Part shown: positions 1 to 12,460 of the stretch, piece by piece
Numbering within the stretch: position 1 is the stretch's first letter
How the letters are laid out: every line of letters begins with the position of its first letter
From: Chrysomallon squamiferum
Lineage: Eukaryota > Animalia > Mollusca
Assembly (NCBI GenBank): GCA_012295275.1
Contig: CM022678.1
Location: 558,001 to 622,000, forward strand
Direction: 5' to 3'
DNA: 64,000 nt
Notes under the pieces: generated by a model
Seen by the model: only the letters and a program-made list of their open reading frames with translations
Told to the model about the DNA's origin: nothing
Database searches by the model: none
Translations under genes and position numbers: made by a program

Positions 1-290
1 CAAAAGTTGAGAATGCAGTCAGAGCTGTTTTTATATTAGCTGTTGCTCAACAAGTGATATATGAAATTGTATGCACTGTCTGTGGGTAGGTGTAAATGAA
101 TTATCACTTGTTGCTAATAAGAAAGTGTAGATTGTGAAGTGACAGCAATAGATTTCTTTTTTTGTTATCTGAATATTCCTAAATCTTCTCTCTAACCTCA
201 TATAAATTAAATGAGTTAAATAAAACATTTGTTTTCTTCCTTCTGTATTAAAAATCAATCATTATATTATTATTTTACAGCTCAACCAAT

Positions 291-552
291 ATGGACAACA
301 AAAACAAGAGTTCAGAAGTTTCGTCTAACAGCACAGCTGTTTTGTCCACAGACAAAATCACAGCTGTTTCTTCTTCAGACAAAATCACAGCTGTTTCTCC
401 TTCAGACATCACAGCTGTTTGTTCTGCAGAGACTGAGACAGCTGTTTCTCTCTTAGACAATACAACAAGTGTTTGTCTCTCTGGCATCACACCTCAGTTT
501 TCCTTTGAAGTCACAACAAAAATATATCAACTACCTGTGTCAAGCAGTTGTG
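291..552 (+). CDS. Copy A first coding exon: Ser/Thr-rich N-terminus with about five 9-aa repeats (TAVxSxDKI)
   Basis: Acceptor tattttacag ends at 280, ATG at 291, open frame to donor G|gtaata at 552/553 (phase 1). Homologous to 45025-45249, with the donor at the same position. Confidence 0.7.
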
Positions 553-809
553 GTAATATGCACATTATTTTAATATACTGTTTACTTTTTTGATGGTAAA
601 TTCTAAACTGACAAAAGTACTATTTACACTTGAAACAATACACTGTTTCGATATATTGTTTAGTTCCATCTTAGATATTAGCAAAATTGACACTTTTAAC
701 AAAAAACAGATTGTATTAATGCTCAATGTTGTCCTTACAGATACAAACATTTTTTTAAATTATGCTTGTGAGTTGTAAATTTAAGAAATGTATTTACTCC
801 TTTTCACAG

Positions 810-893
810 ATACTCAAATACAACTTGTAGAAGAGACAGTAAAGATATCTCACTGTGGAAATGTTGTAATAGGAGGCAATAGCACTTTAACTA
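810..893 (+). CDS. Copy A RHIM-like exon (DTQIQLVEETVKISHCGNVVIGGNSTLT)
   Basis: ttttcacag acceptor, A|gtaagt donor, 84 nt, phase 1-1, no stops. The paralogous exon 45828-45896 has the same boundaries and an in-frame length difference. Confidence 0.8.
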
Positions 894-2977
894 GTAAGTT
901 GAAAACTAACTTTTCTTTTCTCTAGATGTTTAACTGATAACAGAACACACATGTGACTTACTTTGGCTCTCGTCTCCAGTATCATGTACAGATCTTTAAA
1001 TTGACTAAGTTGTAACAGTTTCTAATACTGATGTCACCAAGTCATCACAAGAAACACATTTGTTAAAAATCCCTTAGAAATTAATAAGTAGCCTGCAACA
1101 CAATTCTCAACCAATAACTTGCTGAAACATTGAGGAATTTTACATCATAAAATTAAAAAAACATTCTTAAGAACTTGCTGGGAGTGTTGTCCTGTTTTGG
1201 TGCTTGTGATCTTACTGGATGTAACCTAAAACAGCAGTGAACTACACAAGTAAAACCTAATTAACAGACAAGTTGACATCACCAAGCTCACCCAGTAACT
1301 GTTTAGAACTCATTTTACTTTGTGCTGATCTTCTAGCAACATAGCTAAATATTACCAGATAAAACTACTTATTTTTCATTAAATAAAACTAACATTCTTG
1401 ACACCATTAATGCTGCCCAGAATACAAAGCCCACAATACAAAGCCCACTTGTTTAATGTGACATGTGTCAACCAATAACCAGTACACTTCCAAGGATTCT
1501 GTGATCTGCTATTCTTTGCGGTTAGACTTTTTTCACCTTTGGTTTTAGACACTGCTTCTAAAATCATCATTTTCATTATCTTATCACATAACTATGCATG
1601 ATTTAGTATTTGAATTAAAATCTACATATTGATGCAGTAATGGTCATAATTTTTTTTTTTTTTTTTTTTTTAAATCTTAACGTCCATTGTTCTACAAACG
1701 AGGTCATTTAATCATTGTCAGATCATAATGATTTTTCTCCTTTAACGATAGCTGGTGACATATGCAAAAACATCCACATATAAACACACACACACAAACA
1801 CAGACATTTTTAATACTGCATGCATTAAGTGTAGATAGGGACAGTTACAGAAATAATACTTGTAGGCTGTGAATGTAAATAATTTATTTTTCTATATTTG
1901 CAACAACACAAGCAGTGGTAGAACATATTTAAATATGAGCACACATAAACCAATCTACTAACACAAACATTGTATCAGGAGGTGCAGCTGTTGACACCAT
2001 AAAGTGAAAACCTGAATCATATTTAATAGATACAGAACTATATATCACATTAATCATTAGTATTTACCATCAAACACTATGACCAACAAATGCGAACAGA
2101 GACATACATACAGACACACAGACACACACACATACATACATATGTATGTCTACCCACTACCAAGGGTTTACAAATTGTGCAAACAACTGTTTTGTTCACA
2201 TGAGGGTTGCACAAAACTATCCTTATGTAACTCATTTTCCATTCACACAAAATTTGTGCTATGCTGAATGATAGTTTGTTCATGGTTGAAATTAAACCAC
2301 CATTCACCACATCAACAACAATGGCCTGAGTGACAGTAAATATTTCTCTCTGTAGAAATTTTATATTAGGAGACAAAACAACATAATGAAAATAATAGTA
2401 AACAAAGGATTGATGTACCAAGACAACAAACATTTGAAACTGGTAAGATAAAAAGTGAAAGTTTTCTTTTCTCTACCTGTTCAATAGGTAATATAATTCA
2501 TATCAGAGAAGTCTGTACTTTTCTATCACATCTGAAGAACATAGAAACATACACATGCATCAACAAACACAAACACAATATATACAAACACATGTACACA
2601 CATAAGTATTGTCACTCTTATCTAGATTTTCTTATCAAGATCCTGCAACATAAATTAAACAAGCCAATATATCATTATTATCACTTGCAAATAATGAAAT
2701 ACACTACAAAGAACTTAATAATAGTAATAATAATAAGAAGAACACTAATAATTGTAATAATATGAATAATAACAATAAGTAACATTAGTGATAAGAAACA
2801 ACAGCAGTAAATTTAATAAAAGTAGTAATAATTATAGTCAAATAGAAAGATATAATAATAATGTTATATGTTACCAGTGCTGTGAATAAAGTGTAGAGTA
2901 ATTGCACATACCACTTTAATCATTTCATTTACTCATCATCAATAACACAAACTTGTTTTATTTTTATATTGTTTCAG

Positions 2978-3010
2978 CAGAGAGTGATGGACAAGTATCC
3001 AAGATCAAAG
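2978..3010 (+). CDS. Copy A 33-nt linker micro-exon (TESDGQVSKIK)
   Basis: gtttcag acceptor (NAGNAG), AAG|gtatt donor, phase 1-1. Same length and boundaries as 48724-48756. Confidence 0.75.
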
Positions 3011-3249
3011 GTATTATTATTATTATTGTTATCTGAAATTGTCACACCTTATTATCTTCATTAAATTCTGATTAACTAAAATTATGACAACAAACTATTG
3101 TATTTGTTTTTAAACTCCATATCTAATGACCAGTTAAAAATTATATTATTTATATATGAATAATAAAATGTTCTCTAAACAATTAATTATACATGATTCT
3201 ATTTTTACTTTCATTTTTATTTTTTTATTTTTTTAATATTGTCCTACAG

Positions 3250-4409
3250 AGTCTACCAGGCTAGCGTTAAATTCAACTGACTGGAGTGTCTATGTTGAAA
3301 CAAGAGCAGAGAAAAGAGGTGTTGCACTTTTGAAGCAGAATGGTGTTGTCATTGTGATAGGATGTCCAGGTTCAGGAAAGACAACTCTAGCTTTAAGCAT
3401 GATGAAACAGATAGCAAAAGAAGAAAAAAGAGAACCTTACTTGCTGACTCATCACTCTGAATTCAATGACATCTTTCTATCTAGAAATAAGAAAAGTGTT
3501 GTTCTCATTGATGACATATTTGGCAAGACGAATCTTGTTTCAGATTTTACAGACTCATGGGAACTCAAATTTCCAGAGATATGGAGTGTTGTTCAGGATG
3601 GTTCTGTGAAATGTATTATTACTTTAAGAAAACAAATATATTCAGAAACTGAAATTAGTTTGAAGGAATTTGGTCTGTTTAATGAGAAACATGTTATTGA
3701 TCTGCAGAGTGATGACTGTTGTCTGAATTATAATGAAAAAGAAGAAATTCTCAACAAATATCTCAAACAAAAGGATGTTCCAATGGATAAAAGTGGCAAA
3801 CATAAGGTCATTCGCAATTCATGTACAGAGCTAGGATTTCCTCAGATGTGTGAGTTTTATGTTAATTCAAGTGATGCACAAAAAAGAGGAGTTGAGTTTT
3901 TTAAGAAACCTGTAGAATATCTCAAAAAAGAGCTGGAAAAATTGAAAAATGACAAATCACCGATCAACTACCTGGTTCTACTGCTGATTTTGTTCAAAGA
4001 AGGCAGTCTCAGCATTGATTCATTGGACCCTTTTGAAAATGACACTGACTGTGACATAATGAAATTAGTAAGAGAACTGGAACAATTCTGTAAGAATCTA
4101 GAAAACACTAATCTTAGAAATATCAAGGAAACAGCTGATTTTATGTGTGGTACCTATTTGAAGTGTTGTGACAATAAATACACATTTATTCACCAGTCAG
4201 TGTTTGACTCTGTGTTTCTGATGTTTTCATCAGAGTTTCCAGAGAAAGCAGCAGAATTGATAGAAGTGTGTCCTGTCTCCAGGTTGTCAGAATATGTTGT
4301 GACACCTGAAGTTTCTAACAAAAGTCACATTACATTGACTGTGATACTTGACTGCTTTGATTTTCTTCTTCAGGGGTTTATTGACCTGGTATCACAAAGT
4401 TTCAGATAA
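3250..4409 (+). CDS. Copy A STAND NTPase (nSTAND3-like) exon, ending at a premature TAA
   Basis: cctacag acceptor; Walker A GCPGSGKT, Walker B VLIDDIFG, IITLRK, GFP (GxP) and FIHQS motifs. TAA at 4407-4409 corresponds to GAA in copy B. Confidence 0.85.
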
Positions 4410-6188
4410 ATTATTTCAAATCCATCACTCACAGATGAAGAGTTTTTTAAATATCTCATAGAGGAACAAAACTTTTATGGTAAGTTGCCTGAAATACTGC
4501 AACAGAGACTATATAAACATATTATCTTCTGTTGCAAGTTTGTGTATAGTGAATGGACTAAAGACATTGTCAAAATGTTTCACATCAAATCTGCGTAACA
4601 TGAAACTTACATTTGTTATGAAAGAACTTTTGGATATTTCTTGTTTGTTTGGTGATGAAGATGTGAGAATATTGCTAAAATCAGGTGTTATTCCAACATT
4701 TGATACATTCAATGCAGCTGCTTGTTCAAAAACAGACAGTGCTACCATACTCAAAGAATTGTTTCAGTATAAAAAGGTGGTAAAATTGAATTTGTATTCC
4801 CACTTGTTACATATTTCATTTTGTTCAGGTAACATGAACATTGCCTGTCTGTTGGTTGAGATGATAAATAATGAGAAACACAACAGTGAAATCAAGGAAG
4901 AAGCTGTGAAACTGTTTTTGGTTAGATTCCATAGAAAAGTAACATTTAAATCAAGCTGCATGTGTTTGGAAAAGGCTCTTCAAGTTGCTGATGTAATCAA
5001 TTTTTTAAAGAAATTGGTTACCATTGATAAATAAAATTAAAGACATTGCTATCATTGCTGCTGGTCAGAGGTCTTCAAACATAAAAGAAATAGTAAAACT
5101 GAAACCTGATTGTATAAATGATGAGAACAGAGATAAAGTACTTTTAGAAGCAGCTATGTGGGGATGTATTGATACAGTGAATTTTCTCATTGAGCAGAGA
5201 TGTAATGATACAGATGAGAACAACTGGAAGAAAGGTGAAGTACTGAAAGTAGCAGTGATGTTTAACAGTGTAGATGTTGTTCAGTGTCTTCTTGATAAAG
5301 GAGCTGATCCTAATGTGAATGTAGATGTTAACGTGAAATTGATTGTATAGTTTGAAAAGGAAATACGATTAAAACTGTTGTCTGATGACATAACTAGTTT
5401 GAAACTGTCACCTTCAGACTCACCTCTCCACATTTCAGTTCAGCGTGGTGACTTAGATATGATAAAATCACTGATAGAGAGTAATGCTATTGTTAATGCA
5501 GTAAACAGTGAGGGAAAAACTCCACGTCATGAAGCTGCAAAAGCAACACACAGAAAGGAAGTAGCTTTGTTGTTACTGGAAAATGGTGCTGATATTAACA
5601 TAACAGATAAACAAAAGAATTCAGCATTGCACATAGCATCTCAAATTGATATAGATGTGGTGAAAGAAGTAAGAAAAAAAGGTTGTTGAAATAAATGTAG
5701 TTAATACTAAAGGTAAAGTTCATCTTTTTACAACTGTTCAGGATGAACAGAACAAAGTATTTGTTTATTTAGTGGAACATGGAGCTGACCCTAATTTAAC
5801 AGACAATGATAACAATTCTGTTTTACACCTAGCAATATAAGAAAGAAATTTAGAAGTGGTGACAGCATTGATTGATAAAGGCACAGATGTAAATATTAGA
5901 AACTGTGGATGTGTAACTCCTCTTTTTGAGGCTATGAAGTCTCAACAGAGAAATGTAGTTTTGCATGGAGCTAATCCTAATTTAACAGCTAGTGATAACA
6001 ATTCTCTTTTACACATAATAGCTGCATATGGAAATTTAGACATTTTGACAGCACTGATTAAAAAAGATATTGATGTAAATATTAAAAACAGTCGAGGTGA
6101 AACTCTTCTTGATAAAGCAAAGAGTTGTAACAAAACGGGAATTGTTTTATATTTACTGGAGAATGGTGCTAAAGATATTAACAGATAG
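4410..6188 (+). pseudogene. Disrupted helical/ankyrin C-terminal part of copy A
   Basis: ORF fragments 4477-5034, 5024-5350, 5378-5689 and 5856-6188 are collinear with copy B but separated by frameshifts, stops and deletions. Fewer than 10 ankyrin repeats remain. Confidence 0.9.
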
Positions 6189-6189
6189 A

Positions 6190-9100
6190 TACATTTTGTT
6201 ATAAATATGCACAGACTGTCACTTTTAAATGCAAAATTACCTAGTGAGAATATTTTAAAATTATGCTGAAATAATATTTTGGCATGAAATTGATGTTCAT
6301 AATAAAGAGAAAATTTCGTTTGAAGAAATCTAAATTTTGTTGTGTTATTTTTGTGGTACAAAGTTGATCTTCATTCTGAAACACATTGACTTCTGACATA
6401 GTTTTATTTTAAACTGCTTCAGTTGCACTTATTTTTAATGTAATGTTGTATCAGTGTATTTAAGTATATGTTAAGTAATATGTAAATAAATTTCTTTTCA
6501 GTAGAGGTATTTCACATTCCACTGCAAAATCTCACCGAATTAGTCCTACTTGCAAATTGATGGGCAAAAGTAACCATGCTGTAATGGGAGGCCATGACCA
6601 TTGTTCAGTTATTAACTGTTCCAATCACAGAAATCCAGGAAGTGCATATCAGAAATGTTTGTGTCTATTTGCTTCACGCAAAAATGAACTGTTTTTTAAT
6701 TTTGCCACGAACACAAAGGTCTGTTCGGCATATTTTTTAGGTGGGAAGCCAGTGAACAAGAAACGTGGACTATATACCAATCCTGAATATGGGATCAGAA
6801 ATTGTTACAACACCTAGAATAATGAATAACAAATGAAATTAATGAAATGGTTCAGATAACTACAGAGAACAATAGTTTCAATTATGTTGTTAATTATTCC
6901 GTCTACCACAACTAGTTGAGGTGTTTGTTGCCTCGAGTCACAAATACTTAGCAGGTGTTGTACAAGTACGTAGGTGTTTGTGTGAGTATGTGGGTAAAGG
7001 GACAGTCTTCAATATAACAGTTATATGTTACTCCAAAATAAGTGGTTTATTTATATATTGTTTAAGCTTAAAGTGTGTATGCTTGTGCATGTTTGTATTA
7101 ATTACACCTAACAGTAACTGTAATTAGACAAGTAACTGGTTTTAACCTGTAAGGAAATAACAGCTCACATTTCCTTCATAAACAAAAGATATAATTAAAC
7201 ATGTTACTGTATGTTTTGTTTGTTGAATGTAGTGTGTGGCTATGTTGTCACTGTTCAGTCAGAAATGTGTCTGCAACAAAACTCTGGCTGTAAATGGTAT
7301 CACTATAAAGACTTGCTGATGGGCACCTGCTACCCCTTGATCTGGACTTGAATTTGAAAGGTATTTTTTCATTTGTACTGTGTGTATGTACACAAGCATG
7401 CAGCCTTCCATTATTGTAGGTGGGGAATAACAGGCTGGATAACAGCATTTATTTATATTAACATTATGCTCACACACACACACACACACACACACATAAT
7501 ATGCATAGATGCACACATTCACCCTGAATTTGACACGGTTTAGCTATAAATTTCAGTGGACTGTTTTCTACGGCCATTATACCATCTAATTCAAAATATG
7601 TGCATGTTAGCTGTCAAAGATTAAAATCTCCTACAAAGCTACTCATGTCGCCCATAACAATCTGTCTGTCACACCCCTCAATCTGTAAATAGACTAGTTT
7701 CAGACTAGTTTGTCAAGGGATGTTATTGTTTGCATGCATGCTCAATAGGAATGTGAAATACCTCTAATGAAAAGTGTAATTATTGACTATTTTATATATA
7801 TATATATATAATATATCACTATAATCATTACCATACCATCTACTCTGCTATTTATATTCAAATATTCTATTGATGTATTTGTATCTATTCAGTTGTTTTA
7901 TTAATGAATGGAACAGTCTATTGCATTAATGTATGGTGTATTTTTCTTTATATATAAATATTATATTACTGTATTATATTGTCTATTGTATCTATTCAAA
8001 TATTGCATTAATGTGTGGTGTATTTTTTTATTTTATACAAATTACGATATTGTATAATCAGTCATATCCATTCAGATTTTGTACTACTGTTCTATAGTCT
8101 TTTGTTGTTTACTCTATTTGTATGTTACAAGAAATAATATGAAATTGTGTATCTTTATGAAATTTTCATTTGATTTTTACATTTGATTGAAATATCTTTG
8201 AGTGATTTATTGCACAATTCAGTTTAAAAAGATGTTAAGATATTTTTGTTTCCAATAATAATACAACAATACTAATACTGATGTTAATTTTGATCAGGTT
8301 AATCAGTCAGTGAAAAGTCAGGCAGTTTTTAAATCAGATTTGTTATTCATGATGACTTGATTATTACTTGTGTTTGACTGTTCATGTAGAAAATATCTGT
8401 AAAACAGAATGTTATAATTAAACTTGTGTTTTAATGTTCAGTGTAAAGTTTTTAATATATATTTTTTTATTTTATAAAAATTGTTCTGTATTAGTAAATG
8501 TTTTTCTATGTTTATATAAAAAGTAATGTTAATGTTAAATATAAAGATTTTACTCTTTTTTTTTTTTTGATTACAAAATAGATCATATCAAAACAATGTG
8601 TATACTAAGTAAATTTGTATTTTCATTTTAAACAAAGTTTATGTACATTCTTATTTGATACAATAATTCTGTAGTACTAAATATTTTCACTATGCTTAAA
8701 TTAATTAAACTAGCATTATAATGTTTATTATGAGATTTTTATATATTTTTTGTTTTTCATAATACTTGCTTTCTCTTGTTTTTAATAATAAATTTGTATT
8801 TCAAAGTAAAATGTATTTATATATATATGCAGTTACATGTATGTGTGTGTGATATATATATATAGTATTAGTTTCATTTGTTTTATTGTCATTTTTTATC
8901 GTATTAATAAGGAAATACATTCACATAACATTTACATGTCACTATTATCATTTGAAAATAGATAATAATAAAATTAAGCAAAAGTAAGTTTTCACTGTGA
9001 ACATATTTTATCTATATTTATATAAAACACTGCACAGTAATGTAGTTAATGTTTTCATACTTATTTCTCTATGACATATAGCAAAAATACCTAGTTTGTA

Positions 9101-9440
9101 TGTGTGTGTGAGATATGTTTAATAATTATAAAATAGTAATTAATCAAGTAAATACAAATTTAAATATGGAATATTTTTAGTTAATAATGTTTACATTTAT
9201 CCATTTAATAATTGTAAAATAGTAAATATTTAATAAAGTAAATGAAAGTTTAAATTAGGAATATTTTTTATTAATAATGTTCACATATAAATATGATTTT
9301 AATAATTAAAAGATAGTCAATAATTAGTAAAGTAAACTTAATTTAAATTAGCAATATTTTTAGTTAATAATGGTTACACTAATATGTTCGACATTGAACT
9401 AAGATTGTGAAGTTAAACTGATCTAATCTGTGTGACAAAA
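6190..9440 (+). repeat. 3' flank/UTR of copy A, paralogous to about 56240-58170
   Basis: Shared blocks such as gattacctagtgagaatattttaaaattatgctgaaa (one mismatch), cagtcagtgaaaagtcag, tttgttattcatgatgacttgatt and taatctgtgtgacaa. Both contain a degenerate tatctattcaaatattg repeat. Confidence 0.85.
6503..7765 (+). mobile_element. Internally deleted TIR DNA transposon with a THAP-domain relic (possibly ISL2EU/Harbinger-related)
   Basis: Perfect 18-bp inverted repeat agaggtatttcacattcc (6503-6520) / ggaatgtgaaatacctct (7748-7765). ORF 6557-6817 has CSVINCSN...NTKVCSAYF, a THAP C2CH pattern with H replaced by Y. Absent at the matching site of copy B (about 56380-56410). Confidence 0.7.
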
Positions 9441-9661
9441 TTTGAAAACTACCTTTTTTTTATAAGTAATTAACTTACATCAATTTACTTTGCTTTGTGA
9501 TTATTATTGTTATTATTATTAGTAGTAGTAGTAGTAGTAGTAATATTTATATGTTTATTTATTATTATTATTAGTAGTAGTAGTAGTATTTTATGTATAA
9601 TTGAAACAGGTTAAAGGGAGACAAATAATGACTGACTGCCAACAAAACGAAACAAACAAAC

Positions 9662-9715
<54 letters not shown>

Positions 9716-9807
9716 AAATAAATAAATAAATGAAACATAAATAAATAACAAAATAAAGAAAATTGGTAACGTTAAGCTAATGCAAAATGAAACAAACAAA
9801 CAAAATC

Positions 9808-9838
<31 letters not shown>

Positions 9839-10379
9839 GAAACAAATAAATGACAAAATAAAGAAAATTGGTAAAGTTAAACTCTAAAACAAATAAATAA
9901 ATAAATAAACAGAGAGAAAGTTTTGTTTTTTATATAGATTAATTTGGTATATTAAATGATATATATGAATATAGCCTAAATAATATGAATATATATATAT
10001 ATATATAATATTCATATTTTCTAAGCTATGTCATGTCATCTGTATTATGTGAGTTACTTTTAAAGTTGCTCATTTATTAAACCTGGTCACACCTTCCATT
10101 TCTACTGGTGGATTTTCTCCAGCTGTGTCTGTAACCTGTTTCTGTTTCATTCTTTCTGAAAGGAATACAGAGTAGCCGGATGATTTTGCTGAGCGAACGG
10201 ACAGCGAAGAATTAGTTCACACATTTCAAGCTTTACTTCCTTCTTCTACTGCAGGAAAACTTATACTATATTATTTTTTTAGTGATTGTTATTTTATTTT
10301 ATTTTATTTTATTTTATTTAAAATCCAAAATATAACAAAAACAACAACAAAAAATTGTACGGCACTGTAAATAAAAGAA

Positions 10380-11610
10380 AGTTAGTTTTTAAAAGAAGAC
10401 TGCTTCAGAATGGTCTTTTAAGACCTAAACCAGCAGCTATTAGAGTTAAACATTAAAGAAGTAACAGTGAAAACTACATTTTTTGGCATAATCTGTTGAA
10501 GTAAAAACATAGTAATGGGACATAAATCATGATATGCTATTGTTTTTAGTCAGTGCCTAAAAATGAATTTATTAAAGTTATCACATCATTTACTAAGTCA
10601 AAGATCTTTATAATGCTGATGTTGTTTTCAACTAATGTCGTTGTTATAATGGGTTGGGTTATAGAAGCAAAAGTTTACTGATATAATGAATTACTACAAC
10701 TACACACCTCAGTGCAAGACCCCAAATACCTCAGTTTTTGCCCAGTCAGTAGTTTTAGAAAGTAATAAAAAGTATTCTGGGTTATAAACATGTTTATTTT
10801 GAATGTTTCATAACCTGGTATTAACAAACGAAATTAATTAAAAACAGCAGTAATAATAATAACTGCAGTTTCACACACCTGTAATTTACATTTCTGTGTC
10901 TTAGACAAATTGTAATCCCATATACATGTACATAAACTGGCTGACCCTGTACTAAAACACTACACAGAAGTGCATTGTCTTTCCAAATAGTTATTTAGAT
11001 TTTTCTCGTTGTCAAATTCATTTTATTTTCTTGCTATTTAGTAATTTTGAATTTCTTGATATCTAGATATTATGATTTTTGGCCGAATAATGTGTAGTTA
11101 CTGTTTGTTACAATGTTTTCATTTTTTCATTAAGAAATGTATCTAATATTTGTTGTATGTCCTCGTAGTCTGTTTCCAGAATCAGTTTAAAAATTGACTC
11201 AAATAGATTGTGTCTAAATATGTAAAACACATTCACACAGATCTTCATAATAACGTAAGAAATTCTTGTGAATTACAATTATGACAACAAACTATCTCAT
11301 TTTTCAACAACAACAAAAAAAATTCAAATCTGGTGTCAAAAAAATGTATTATTTATATTTAAAAGGTAAAAGATGTTGAAAAACAGTTAACAATACATGT
11401 TAATTTCATAAATGCTGTGATACAAAGTCTAGCAGGTCAGTCTCTAAGACTAAGAGCAGAGAAAAGAGGTGTTACACTTTCTAACAGACAACAATAGAAG
11501 TTCTGTTTCACAACTAACAGCTCATTATGGAAATTCAAACCCTGTGAGAGCTATGAAAAAGGTGTTGATGTAAAAATTATTAATTTCAGTGCTTAAACTC
11601 TTCGATAATA
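10380..11610 (+). pseudogene. Heavily deleted third paralog relic
   Basis: 10380-11060 resembles upstream region 41300-42000. 11417-11480 resembles the start of the NTPase exon (aagagcagagaaaagaggtgttacacttt). This is fused directly to an ankyrin fragment, LTDNNRSSVSQLTAHYGNSNPVRA...EKGVDV. Confidence 0.7.
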
Positions 11611-12394
11611 TTTGAATAATAGGTTTTATTTTTTTATTAGTAACTATTTAGAAGAATGTATTGGACTTTAAATTACACTGAATGTTTGTTATCTATAAAT
11701 ATGTTGTTTCTTTTGTTTCTCATGATATTTCTTTCCTTGCAGAAATTATTTTGATATCGAAATTTTGTTGTTGCTGTTCTTCATCTTCTTCTTTTTCTTC
11801 TTCTTCTTCTTTATTGATTTATTTATTTATTATCAAATAATGTAGAATGTGAATTTAGTAGATGTGAGGTAGTTTGTTTAATTAGTTTGGAAAGATTCTT
11901 ATGAATGAGAGAAAGAAGTAAGTTTAAAATGTTTATTTCATTTCTGTTTTCATTCTGAGCACGATGTTATTATCTATTATAATCGTTGGTGTAGTCCAAC
12001 CCGCTGTCACGCTCTATTGCTTTCTGTCTTCGTATTGAAACCAGTTTTCAGAATACAGATATATTAGAACATTCATTGACGTCACAGGGTAACAAGAGTA
12101 ACACACTGTATTGAAATAAACGGGTTACCTAGAACGAGCTGCAGTTAGAAGTACATGGACAAGTTTAAACATGAGATATCTGCGTGTTAGTCTTGTGACA
12201 TTTATTCACATTACAGGTAAAAAACCAAATAAAAATAAAATAAAGTGAAGGGGGATGAAAGGTAAACCTGTTTACGATAGTTAAAATAACATATTCAATA
12301 ATTATATATATGTATGTATATATATATATAGATAGATAGATAGATAGATACAGATAGATAGATATGCGTTATGTATATGTGTGTGTATATACAA

Positions 12395-12460
<66 letters not shown>

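Noticed and set aside
553-593. Read-through end of ORF 291-593, and ORFs 565-778 and 45268-45529
   Set aside because: These lie past the conserved splice donor in intron sequence; the similarity reflects the duplicated intron.
7248-7660. Possible second transposon ORF on the minus strand
   Set aside because: Fragments are too degenerate to assign to a transposase or nuclease without a profile search.
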